Source: Squalus acanthias (Eukaryota). Taken from it: a stretch of DNA of 64,000 bases. This document shows positions 1-10,375 of this stretch, one piece after another; the first letter of the stretch is position 1, and each line of letters begins with the position of its first letter. The notes beneath the pieces were generated by a model, which did no database searches, had not been told where the DNA came from, and was given only the letters and a program-made list of their open reading frames with translations. Position numbers and translations under genes: made by a program. Where the stretch lies: positions 124,994,001 to 125,058,000 of the forward strand of contig CM059431.1 of assembly GCA_030390025.1 (NCBI GenBank). Direction: 5' to 3'.

Positions 1-97
1 TTCTTTACTACTTCACCTGAGGAAGGGGCGATCGATAGCTCCGAAAGCTTGTGATTTCAAATAAAACTGTTGGACTATAACCTGGTGTTGTGCGACC
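1..97 (+). mobile_element. Penelope-like element terminal fragment carrying a minimal hammerhead ribozyme
   Basis: TCAC-CTGAGGA-A-GGGGC..GCTCC-GAAA-GCTT-GTGA followed by AATAAA and GGACTATAACCTGGTGTTGTGCGAC; near-identical copy at 27079-27167. Confidence 0.7.
13..54 (+). ncRNA. Type I minimal hammerhead ribozyme motif
   Basis: Stem I TCAC(13-16)/GTGA(51-54); core CTGAGGA(17-23); stem II GGGGC(25-29)/GCTCC(38-42); GAAA(43-46); palindromic AAGCTT stem III. Confidence 0.7.
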
Positions 98-458
98 TCT
101 CAATTCTATTTATGAAACCCAGGATCCCGTATGCTTTTTTAACCACTTTCTCAACCTGCCCTGCCGCCTTCAACGATTTGTGCACATACACCACCAGGTG
201 TCTCTGTTCATGCACCCCCTTTAGAATTGTACCCTTTAGTTTATATTGCCTCTCTTCGTTCTTCCTACCAATATGTATCACTTCACACTTTTCTGCATTA
301 AGTTTCATCTGCCACGTGTCCGCCCATTCCACCAGCCTGTCTATGTCCTCTTGAAGTCTATCACTATCATCCTCATTGTTCACTATACTTCCAAGTTTTG
401 TGCCATCTGCAAATTTTGAAATAGTGCTCTGTACACCCAAGTCCAAGTCATTAATTAG
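98..458 (-). mobile_element. CR1 LINE ORF2 reverse transcriptase fragment
   Basis: ORF 75..467: INDLDLGVQSTISKFADGTKLG...WADTWQMKLNAEKCEVIHIG, typical CR1 RT domains 5-7. Confidence 0.9.
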
Positions 459-469
459 AACTGTCACGA

Positions 470-1600
470 TGAGACTGTTTTAAGTGAACATTGTGCACAT
501 GATCATATTTCTCTTGCTGCTGACATCAAGTCAACATGAGTGACTGTCATATGCCAGGTGACCGTGTGATATTTAATTGTGTCACCGGGTAGCTGGGCGC
601 TCCCCGTCTCTCCATCTCCCACCGCCATTAATGCGGATACTCAGTTATCTTGAGTGCCTCCTCCTCTGCTGCAGTCAGCGTGGCTATGACTGGAGGGACA
701 CCTCCGGTTCTCTGGCTCTCCCAGGTGTTCTGTGCTCTCTTCTCCTGCAAGGAGGGAAACAAGAGACCTTTGAGTAAGAGCCATGGAATGAGTGGAACGG
801 ATGGATGGGCAACATCTGTAGAGGGCGATTATGAGGGAGAGGCGTGATATTGCATTAAGATGAGGGGGAGTGTCAGTGATGGATGGTCAGATGAGGATGT
901 GAGGAAGTGCATAGACAGAGAGGGATGGGTGCACCTGCAAGGTAGGTTGGTGTGAGGAGTGATGTGCAGGAGTAGGCTTGGGAAGGCAGAGTGAGGGGGT
1001 TGGGGTGACACACACATCAGGATGTAGTTGAATGTGGCATTGTACTCACCTTCCCTGACTTCATGAGGTCATTAAATCTCTTCCTGCACTGCATCCAGGA
1101 CCTCGTCACCACACTCCTGCTGCTCACTTCTGACGCTATCTCCAGCCATGCCTTATTGGTGTCTGAGGTTGTCCTCTTCCTCCTGTCAGCAGAGAATAGG
1201 ACCTCCCTGCGGGCCTTAACTCCTTGCACCAGGACTCCCAGGGAGGCATCACTAAATCGAGGGGCAGCTTTCAGATGCTGAGACTGCATTTTTTGTTCTG
1301 CAAACAAAACAAATTTCTCTCCAAACAAACTACTCTCTCTCACCAATGTCTCTCCACCTCCACCAACCTTCAACTGTCATCTGTGCATTGCTGCTTTAAA
1401 TACCTGAGCTGAATTGGACCCATGCGTGATGTCATCATGCCTGCTCCCGTTAATTGGTTGGGAAACCCGGAAGTCAGATGCAAATGCAGTGGCTTCATTA
1501 AAAAGCCACTGACAACACGCCACTTAAACGTCTGGATTCCCCATGCGATGAAGGGCTCCCCCGCTGCCAGCACCTCAGAAAGGTAAAAATCCCAGACATA
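470..1600 (-). mobile_element. PIF/Harbinger remnant (right end with Myb/SANT exon 1)
   Basis: AAPRFSDASLGVLVQGVKARREVLF...WLEIASEVSSRS...WMQCRKRFNDL followed by GTGAGT donor near 1049; TIR-like AAAATCCCAG near 1590. Confidence 0.8.
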
Positions 1601-2519
1601 GAACCCATTTAGAGTATGTGTTTCAGGGAAGCCCGCACCAAAAAAGAGCTGTTTGCCAGCAGGCTGGCCCTCTGCTTTTAATAAGGCCATCATTCTCTCT
1701 ACTATTTTTTGTCTTTGAGCTCCAATGGACAATCAATGAAAGCAGTTACTGTGTCCCGACCCACTTATTGTAGGAAAAAAATAATAGCACTATAGAAAAT
1801 TGTTTAATTGCTGCTGTTGCCCAACAATCTTGTGCCCAAACTTTGTGGCATTGCCAGCCTGTGATGCATCAGATTTGGGCAGGTATCCTTGCCACATACT
1901 CGGTAGAGCAGGTTAAAATTTCTGGAGTTTCTGGAGGCTTTCCGGTGAGCAAGTAACCTCGGCGATTTGACCTGCTCACCCACCCGCCCAGTTTCCACCA
2001 GGGTGGAGAGGAAATTTCATTACAATTTAGCTATACAGCAAACCCAGTTATCAAATTATCTCACAAAGCTTACTTGTGTGAAAACAGCAAACAAAGCAGG
2101 CAGATTCATGCCTAAAAGTTAGTTAATAACATTGGGATCATGTTAAGGATAGCTCGGGATTTGTTACCATTTTCACATCCTTTTTATATCAGATGCTTTG
2201 GAATATATAACGTCTATTCTGATAGTGGTTCCGTTGAGTGTTGTGACAACATTCTCTCTGTGATTGAATCTTGCCAAAGTCTGATGCTCACTGCAGGCCC
2301 ACAGACAGTGCAGTATTGCAAACATGCTGAGCGGGTTCTATTCTTCTTCTTTTATCAGCATTGATGAGGATGGGTTAGTCCTTACCTTGTGCAGATACCT
2401 CTGCCAAGCATGAGAAGTCTTTCTTCCATTGCTTGGAATCCACAGATGTTCTGCAGATAAAATATGTGAAATGATATGCTGCCCTTCACTCAATTCGGGA
2501 TTGTTTGTTGCCTCTTAAT

Positions 2520-3070
2520 CTGTCTGATTTACAGTGCATTAGGCTGGATGGCTATATTCCAGAATTGGACAGATGTAGGCTTTGTACAGTCTGAAGAAAG
2601 TTCTGTGTGCATCTTTCTACAGGGAACTAACAATTGGCACATCCTGGCTGATGTCTTGGCAATGATTTTGTTAATGTACTGTGTCCAAGCCATATCTCCT
2701 GGGAAGTTATGCCCAGGAACTTTTACTCCCTATTGGACTTGATTGGTATTGATAGCAGTTTATTAATCACATACTCTTCCTTCTGCTTATTTTTTGGTAG
2801 AGACTCGCACACACACATTTGTTGGGGTCAGTAGAATTGACTATTTGCATGGCCATTCCTCCAAATCACCCAGGCACCGCTGGCAATTTTGATGCTTTGT
2901 TCTGAATTCATGGATGATATTCAAATGATAATACCATTAACAAACTCTCAGCAAGCCCCAATCCTTTGACGTGATGCTGGAAAGTCATTAACATAAATGA
3001 GGAACAGAAGTGGGCTCAGAACAGAGCTCTGGGAAATTCCTTCCAATCAGCAAAACATGTTGGAAATTGC
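2520..3070 (-). mobile_element. Highly degenerate LINE RT remnant (CR1/L2 group)
   Basis: Patchy resemblance to LINE RT C-terminal motifs (e.g. GISQSSVLSPLLFLIYVNDF on the minus strand); no long ORF. Confidence 0.45.
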
Positions 3071-3129
3071 TGTGCCCACTGTGACAATAATTTTGAATTC
3101 TGCCAGGAAATTCAATAGCCATCAAAACA

Positions 3130-3606
3130 GCTCATAGGAATATAGGAACAGGAGTAGGTCATTCAGCCCCTCGAGCCTGTTTTGCCATTCAATTAGATTA
3201 TAGCTGATCAGTATCTTAACTCCATCTACCTGCCTTGGTTCCATAACCTTTAATACCCTTGCCAAACAAAAATCTAACAATATGAGTTTTGAAATTTTCT
3301 CATGACCGAGCCTCAACAGTTTTTTGGGGAGGGAGTTCCAGATTTCCAATACTCTTTGTGTGAAGAAGTGCTTCCTAACATCACTCCAGAATGGCCTAGC
3401 TCTAATTTTAAGGTTAGGCAACCTTGTTATGGACTCCTCCACCAGAGGAAATAGTTTATCTCTATCTACCACATCAATTCCTTTAATCACATAAACAGCT
3501 TAACTAGATCACCCCTTAATCTTCTATACTCACGAGAATACAAGCCTAGCCTATGCAACCTGTCCTCATAATTTAACACTTTTAGCCCAGGTATCATTCT
3601 GGTGAA
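3130..3606 (-). mobile_element. CR1 LINE 3' end
   Basis: ORF 3122..3490 IKGIDVVDRDKLFPLV...RKHFFTQRVLEIWNSLP and CR1-type 3' tail. Confidence 0.9.
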
Positions 3607-3609
3607 GGC

Positions 3610-3920
3610 TCACTGGATGTGTTTGAGCTGGGAGATGCCGTATCACAGCTCATTGTGCCAAAACCTGTCAAAAGCCTTTTCCACGTCTAGGAATAGCACC
3701 AATGTGCACTCATTCTTGTGAAAGGCTCGGAGGCTGTGCTCTGATAGTCATAACAATGTCACCAGTGCTTCTTCCACTCCTGAACCCTGTTTGGCCTAAA
3801 ATGAGGAAACCAATGCCCTCATAATGATGTGGAGGCATTTTGTAATGTCTCTCTCTAGCAGCTTTCCGAGGCAGCTCAGTAGGCTGAAAGGCCAGTAATT
3901 GCTGGGGTCACCTGAATCTT
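3610..3920 (-). mobile_element. Non-CR1 LINE RT fragment (I/Jockey/Nimb-like)
   Basis: Minus strand reads GDPSNYWPFSLLSCLGKLLER and LFLDVEKAFDRFWHNEL (RT domains 1 and 3). Confidence 0.7.
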
Positions 3921-4132
3921 GCCAAAAAACTTTGCTGACTACTCCACCCCTGCCAGGAGTCTTTCCAATTGCAAGAATTGATCAAATAAATGCTTTCCTA
4001 CTGGCAGGCTGAGCCATTGAAATAGCTGTACTGCCTTGGACTCAAAACCCATTGTCTGGAGCTTGCTTCAAGCTGCATAGCCCTTCCTGTGGGAATGGTG
4101 GGAAACTATTCGAGTGCCGCACCACCAGCTCT

Positions 4133-4407
4133 AGGAACATAAATACAGGAGTAGGCCATTCAGTCCCTTGAGCCTGTTCCGCCATTCAATTAGATCATGG
4201 CTGATCTGTACCTCAACTCCATTTACCCATCTTATCTCCATATCCCTTGATACCCTTACCTAACAAAAAATTATCGATCTTAGTCTTGAAAGCTCCAATT
4301 GACCCAGCATTCACAGCCTTTTGGGGAAATCCAGATTTCTACTGCCCTTTGTGTGAAAAATTGCTTCCTGATTTACCTCCTAAATGGACGAGCTCTAATT
4401 TTAAAGG
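4133..4407 (-). mobile_element. CR1 3' end, left part (split by Harbinger-1; continues at 8589-8886)
   Basis: Same CR1 tail as 3130-3606; CTAATTTTAAAGG continues as TATGTCCCCTC after 8588. Confidence 0.85.
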
Positions 4408-4884
4408 ATTGGGTACATTAGCGCCTCCCGTTAACCCCTTCCTGGAGGCGCTAACAGGGCGCTAACGACTTACCGCCCAGGCACGGCGATGTTAGCGCCG
4501 CTGGTGAAATTCACCTGGCAGTTTGCGGCGGCGCTAACCACTATCGCCACGCCCGCCTGCAGCCAGAGATCATGACGTCATCCGGCCGCGCATCGCCCCG
4601 GACCGGAAATTCATTGTCGTCCCCTGCCTCAGCGCCTGCCAATAGGAACGACTGGTAGAGGAGGCGGTTTGCAGTCGGCTGAGGGCTGGAGGAGCGCTAT
4701 TTAAAGACGTGAACTTCCGTATTTTTTTTAGTCGGCAAACAATGCTGCCTTGTCAGTTTGATAGAAGCAGACAGGCGTATTTTTATCGATTTCAGCTTTT
4801 TCTACTTGAAGGAGTTTTACTCCTGAGAAAAATTTATCACTTTCATTTCGGTTACATTTGATAGTGCAACATTTCCAACACTTA

Positions 4885-6040
4885 ATGGGGGCTGTACTAG
4901 CACTGGACCTCGCCCTTCAGCATCACTGTCAGAGGCAGCGGGGGCAGAGAGAAAGATTGGAAAACATGGCCACAGGGAGGACGGCCAACAGGGCTCTCAA
5001 CAGGAGACATTACCCTCCCAGGGTATTCCGGGAGCAGTTCTCCTACATTCATCTCTCAGAGGAGCAGTGCCTTAGAAGACTCCGCTTCAGCAAGGAGGTG
5101 GTCACAGAGCTTTGCCACCTCCTGCAGCCAGACTTCCAGCCTCAGATCAGGACCAGGACATGTTTCAGTGGCTGTGAAGGTCACAGTCGCTCTCAATTTC
5201 TACACCAGCGGCACCTTCCAGGCTTCAACAGGGGACATTTCGCAGTTCGCCATCCATTGTTGCATCTGGGAGGAAACAGATGCTCTGTACAGAAGGAGAA
5301 GGGAGTAGATCTCATTCCCATGACCAGAGAGAAACAAGATGAACGCTCAAGTGGCTTTGCAAGGATAGTAGGCTTCCCCAGGGTTCAGGTCACCATTGAC
5401 TGCACTCATGTGGCATTGCGGGCACCTCATCACAATGCAGAGGTGTTCCGCAACCGTAAAGGCTACCATTCTCAGAACGATCAGTTGGTGTGCGACCACA
5501 GACAGCGCATCCTCGCCGTCAATGCCTGCTATCCTGGCAGCAGCCACGATGCATTCATCCTGCGTGAGACCGGAGTCCCAGCACGGTTCCACCCACCACA
5601 TGAAGCTCGCGGCTGGCTGCTCGGAGACAAGGGTTATCCACTCGCCACCTGGCTGATGACACCCCTCCGCAACCCCAACACTCCTGCTCAACGACAGCCA
5701 TAGTGCCACCAGGGACCTGATCGAACAGACTATCGGCGTGCTAAAGCAACGGTTCCGCTGCCTGGATCACTCTGGAGAAGCCCTGCAGTACTCCACTGAT
5801 CGAGTCTCCCTTTTCATAGTTGTGTGCTGCATGCTGCACAACCTGGCCATTCTGAGGGCCCAGCCATTGCCACCAAGGATTGCAGGTCCACCTCAGGAGG
5901 AGGAAGAGGGAGAGGAGGAGGAGGAATTGGAGGACGAGGATGAAGAGGAGGATGAGCAGCAGCAACATAGGAGGGAGCCACTCAATCTTGCTTCTGCAAG
6001 GGTCGTTCATGATCGCCTCATTACACAGCGCTTCCAATAA
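4885..6040 (+). pseudogene. Harbinger DDE transposase (HARBI1-like), frameshifted
   Basis: LSEEQCLRRLRFSK, TIDCTHV, YPGSSHDAFI, LLGDKGY, IEQTIGVLKQRFRCLD, CCMLHN and acidic tail; frameshifts near 5165, 5225 and 5700. Confidence 0.92.
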
Positions 6041-6356
6041 ATGAGATAGCACATGGTCTTTGTGCAGAACAACCACATCATTACATCCAGCTCGCAGCCC
6101 CTATCACTGGGCAAAGGTCAAATGAGAAACATCACAAAATGTGCTACGTCAAATTAAATATTGATTATTGTGCACAACTCTCTCTTATCAAACACAACCA
6201 ATAATAAACAAACACAACAATTTATCAACAAACACAACTCTTTCTTAGCAAGCTGAACAATTTCTTACCAAGCTCAACAATATATTTACAAACACATTAA
6301 ATTATTTACATACACTCCCCCCATTTGCTAATACCGTATTATTCACTCGCTATTCC

Positions 6357-8247
6357 TCAATAATTCCCCTCCGCTTTGGAATTCCCCGCTCCCAACCCTA
6401 CTGCTCCCCCGTAATGTGGCCCCAGTGGCTGCAGCAAGGCTGGCGGAAGGCTGCTGAGTCTGGGAGCCAGAGACTGTAGATGGCCTTGCAGGATGCCCTC
6501 GACCAGCTCTGGGCCTGGAAGGCCCGGCTGCAGACTACACAAACTCTGCATGGGCGACAGCAGTCTGGGCTGGCTGGATTACAGGCTGCAGCAAGTGCAA
6601 TGGCGGAGTGGCAGTGGTGGGAGTAGGAATGCTGTCATCCTGAGAGAGGACAACACCTTCCTGCTCGACCGCCGCACTGCCACTCCCCCGGGCAGTACAT
6701 CAGCATCCGGAGCAATCTGCTCGAGCACAGATTGCAGGCATGCTGCAGCACCGTGAGATACCTGGTGGATTGTGGGCGACCCAGCGACGATGGCAGCAGT
6801 CAGTGCTTGCGTGGCATCAATCTGAGACTGCATGAGAGCAGTCTGAGATTGAATGGCAGCAACCACTGACTCCATTACAGCACTAAGCCGTTGCGTTGCT
6901 TCGGGCTGTGCTGCAATAGCTGCTGCCACCTCACCCATGACACATGGCATGAGGTCTGGGTCCCCATGGTCTCTCTGCGAGTCGACCCTTTGCAATCTGG
7001 CAAGGATAGGCTCGATGGTTTGCGCAGAGATGAGTGCAATGTTGGAGGCGGACTCCTCCAAGCTCCTAGCCAGTGCATCCATGCTCTCGGGCACTCTTGC
7101 CATTGCACCCATGAGCTCAGTATGCATGCTCATCACCTGTGTGGTCATCACCTCGACATCGAGGTCCTCATCTGAGTCCTGTGCAGCAGAACTCGCGCGC
7201 GAACTCACCCTCCGGGGAGATGGCCCCCGAGCTCCCCTTTCCCCATGAAGTTGCTGCAGCCCGCTGGGTCCCGGAGCTTCACCTACATCAGAGCCATTTC
7301 CTCTGCTCCCCTCCAGTGACCGCATGGCCCCATTATCGGATGTCTCACCCTCGGGAGACACAGGCAGTGAGGCTCCGGCTTGGTGTTCATCTTCCTCTCC
7401 CGCGTCGCTGCCACTGGGAGACTGAGGGACATGCTGATGAGATGGTGACTGATTATCTGAAAGCATAAAGGCACAAGAGTGGGTTTAAGGTCAGGGGAGG
7501 AGGACAGGAATGGAGCAAGGAATGAGGACAGTATACTTTGATGGAAAGTGGGAAGGGCTTGTGGTGTGAGGGGGAAGTGGTATGAGAGAAGAAGGAGTGG
7601 AGCTGAACATACCGTTGTTGTCCCCAAGAGGGTCGACATCTCTGACTGCCACAGCGCCCATGACCTGGGATGCAATGATGCTGTGCACTCGCTCCTCCAG
7701 GTCTGTAAGGGGGTGCAGCTCTGCCTGACCTCCTCCTGTGTGTTGCTGCTCCCTCCTGTTATGAGCAAGCTTGGCCTGCAAGAAAATGGACAGCATGTGA
7801 GTGAGTGTGCAGACATGTGTTTGGCAAATGTGTCTACCATTGTTGAATAGCTGTTAATGTATGCAAGGCGTAAGATGTGGATGTGACTTTTAGTAGGTGG
7901 GCATAGTTAGTGGGTAAGTGTTGGGGATTTGGTGGTTTATACTGTCTGTGCACAGAGTGAGGTTCAGATGGTGGGATGTAGAGATTTCTGAAGCATGTAC
8001 TCACCCTGACCACCCGAGTGAGGTCGTTGAAATTCTTGTGGCAATGGGTGGGAGTCCTGTGGACCAGGCTTCTGGCCGAGATGTACTGGGCGACCTCCCT
8101 CCACATCCTCCTGAAGTCCTGTGGCAATGGCCTCCTGCCAGAGTCCGGGAAGAGCACTGCCCGTCGGATTTCCACAGCCACGACCAGAGCCTCCAATGCC
8201 TGGTCACTGAACCGGTGAGCTCTCTCCCTGGGCCTCTGATCAGCCAT
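6357..8247 (-). pseudogene. Harbinger Myb/SANT-like partner gene, 3 exons (8247-8005, 7775-7613, 7456-6357)
   Basis: Exon 1 MADQRPRERAHRFSDQALEALV...W...HCHKNFNDLTRVVR; canonical GT-AG introns with consistent phases (0, then 1); exon 3 is an acidic linker plus heptad-rich helix, with one frameshift near 6690. Confidence 0.85.
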
Positions 8248-8588
8248 GAGATCCTTCAAGGATGGTTTGCAGCTCCTTGCAGGCCCAGTTCACAAGCAGC
8301 AATGATCAGAGTGAGGCTGTGCAGCATGATGGAACCTCCCCTTTAAGAACTGGAAGGCGCCAGTCTGTCGGAGTACTTATAATTGACAGCGCCGGAACTT
8401 GAGTAGCGCTCTGTGATTGTGCCTCGCTTAGTGAATTTGCGCCCGGAGAGGTGTGATTTAGCGCTCCACGTCCCTCTTGCGGCACTAAAACTGAATTTCG
8501 CGGCCGCTGGAGCTAATTAGCGCTGGCGCTAAAGTTAACGCCCACGTAATGTTAGCGCCCCAAATTGTCGATACCAAATTTTTCCCCC

Positions 8589-8886
8589 TATGTCCCCTCT
8601 TTCTTGACTCCCCCATCAGAAGAAAGAGTTTCTCTGCGTCTACCGTACCGAATCCTTTTAACATTTAAAACACCTTGATCAAATGACCCTTTCAATATTT
8701 TATACAAAGGGAATAAAAGCCATGTTTGTGCAACCTGTTCTCATGAGTTAATACTCTAAGCCCTGATATAATTCTGGTGAATCTGCACTTCACCCACTCT
8801 AAGGCCAATATATCCTTCCTGAGGTGCGGCGCCCAAAACTGAACAGAATACTCCAGATGGGGTCTGACTAAGGCTTTGTACAACAA
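8589..8886 (-). mobile_element. CR1 ORF2 3' part (right part of split copy)
   Basis: LYKALVRPHLEYSVQFWAPHLRKDILALE. Confidence 0.9.
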
Positions 8887-9033
8887 AAGTTCTGCATTTC
8901 TTCAAAACAATGTTTCAAAAAAAATTGTTAACAACAGGGAACAAACTGTTTACGCCTTACAGCTCTTACTGTAGTATTAATATGATGCTTCTAAAATGTA
9001 CATCTCTAAATTATTTAGTAGAGTAGATACAAA

Positions 9034-9851
9034 GGGCTGGATTTTTCCAGCCCTGAGGAGGCGGGGTTGGAGGCGGGACTGCTGGGAAAATCATAAAGAA
9101 TGGGAGCGGGTCCCAAAGCCTCCAACCAATCTTCCCGGGAGTCGAGTCCACGATTTGTGCAGGGTCCCGATTCCTAGTGGCGGGTAAAGGATTATAGCTT
9201 CTTAACTGCCTCTTTCCCATTTTGCGATTTCTGCTGCGGGCTTCCCAACGTCAGGGAACCCCTCCAGGGTAAGTGAGACCTGCTGTGGGTCTGTTGTAAT
9301 GTTTGTGTATAGATGACAGCTGCAGGAGTGGTGTGAAGGATGCAATGGGACACTGGTGAGTATCAGAGGTAAGGAAATGTTGGGAAAGTCATTTTTAATG
9401 TGTTTAGATTTTTCTGTAGGTGACAAGCTTTGAAGTGTTTGTATGGCCTCACCTCATTGGGAAAAGTGACAGATCGGTTCTGTACCCTCACCTGCAGCTG
9501 CCATCATTTTATCCTAAGGAGAGAGACATTGGACAGCTTGGGTACAAGGGCTCACCTTTGTACAGTGATTGTCAGTATTTGACAGCACCTCAATGCTGTC
9601 AAACACTGTCAAATCATCTGTCAAAAATAAATGTTTCATGTCCCTTTAAGAAAACCGGCAGATGAAGTATCATCAACTGACGTCATCTGACACCGGCTTT
9701 CCCTTAATTGGCCAGCAAGCCCTCAGGGCGGGCTTAACAAGGCCAATCAGGGGAAAATAGCATTGGTGCATCGGATGTCGCTGGGGGCGGGACTAGAACC
9801 CGGAGGCAGGAGTCCCGCCCCTAACTTGTTTCGGTATGTAAAATCCAGCCC
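9034..9851. mobile_element. Non-autonomous Harbinger-type MITE
   Basis: TIR GGGCTGGATTTT / AAAATCCAGCCC, 3-bp TSD AAA, GGCGGG subterminal motifs; splits a CR1 at RVDT|KKLFPLV. Confidence 0.88.
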
Positions 9852-10140
9852 AAAGAAACTATTTCCTCTGGTGGGGGAAACAGGAACAAGGCCTAATTTT
9901 AAAACTAATGCTAGGCCATTCAGGAGTGAAACCAGGAAGCACCTTTTCACACAAAGGGTAGTGAAACTGTTCATTTCTGTCTCCCAAAAGCTGTGGATGC
10001 TGGGTCAATTGAAATTTTCAAGACTGATATAGACAGATTTTTATTAGGTATTTCAAGAGATACGGATCAAAGGCAGATCAATGGAATTGTGGTTCCACTC
10101 AGCCATGATCTATTTGAATGGCAGAAAAGGCTTAAGGGGC
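9852..10140 (+). mobile_element. CR1 3' end
   Basis: KKLFPLVGETGTR...RKHLFTQRVV. Confidence 0.85.
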
Positions 10141-10238
10141 TGCCAAGCTACATGTTAGACAAAAATAATTATTTTTGCCAAAATGAGACCCTGCTACTTT
10201 GCAAGCTAGGTAGTAAGAGGCAAGTCAAATAACGAGCC

Positions 10239-10375
10239 ATTTCTGACGAAAGGTCACTGGCCTGAAACGTTAAATCTACATTTCTCTCTCCACAGATCCT
10301 GTCTGACTTGCTGAGTGTTTCCAACATTTTCTGGTTTTATTTTAAATTTCCAGCATCTGCAGTAATTTGCTTTAA
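10239..10375 (+). mobile_element. Penelope-type fragment with minimal hammerhead ribozyme (10239-10275)
   Basis: ATTT-CTGACGA-A-AGGTC(ACT)GGCCT-GAAA-CGTT-AAAT, then a CCAGCATCTGCAG-type tail; related degenerate copy at 49330-49440. Confidence 0.7.

Larger units (their letters stand above)
4408..8588. mobile_element. PIF/Harbinger transposon copy 1 (family A), two convergent genes
   Basis: Right TIR TACCAAATTTTTCCCCC (ends 8588), left TIR partly deleted (ATTGGGTAC); many TAGCGC subterminal motifs; transposase on + and Myb gene on -. Confidence 0.9.

Noticed and set aside
5347..6076. Antisense ORFs over the transposases (also 12837..13376, 33141..33734, 40619..40987)
   Set aside because: Shadow ORFs of GC-rich coding sequence and GAG repeats.
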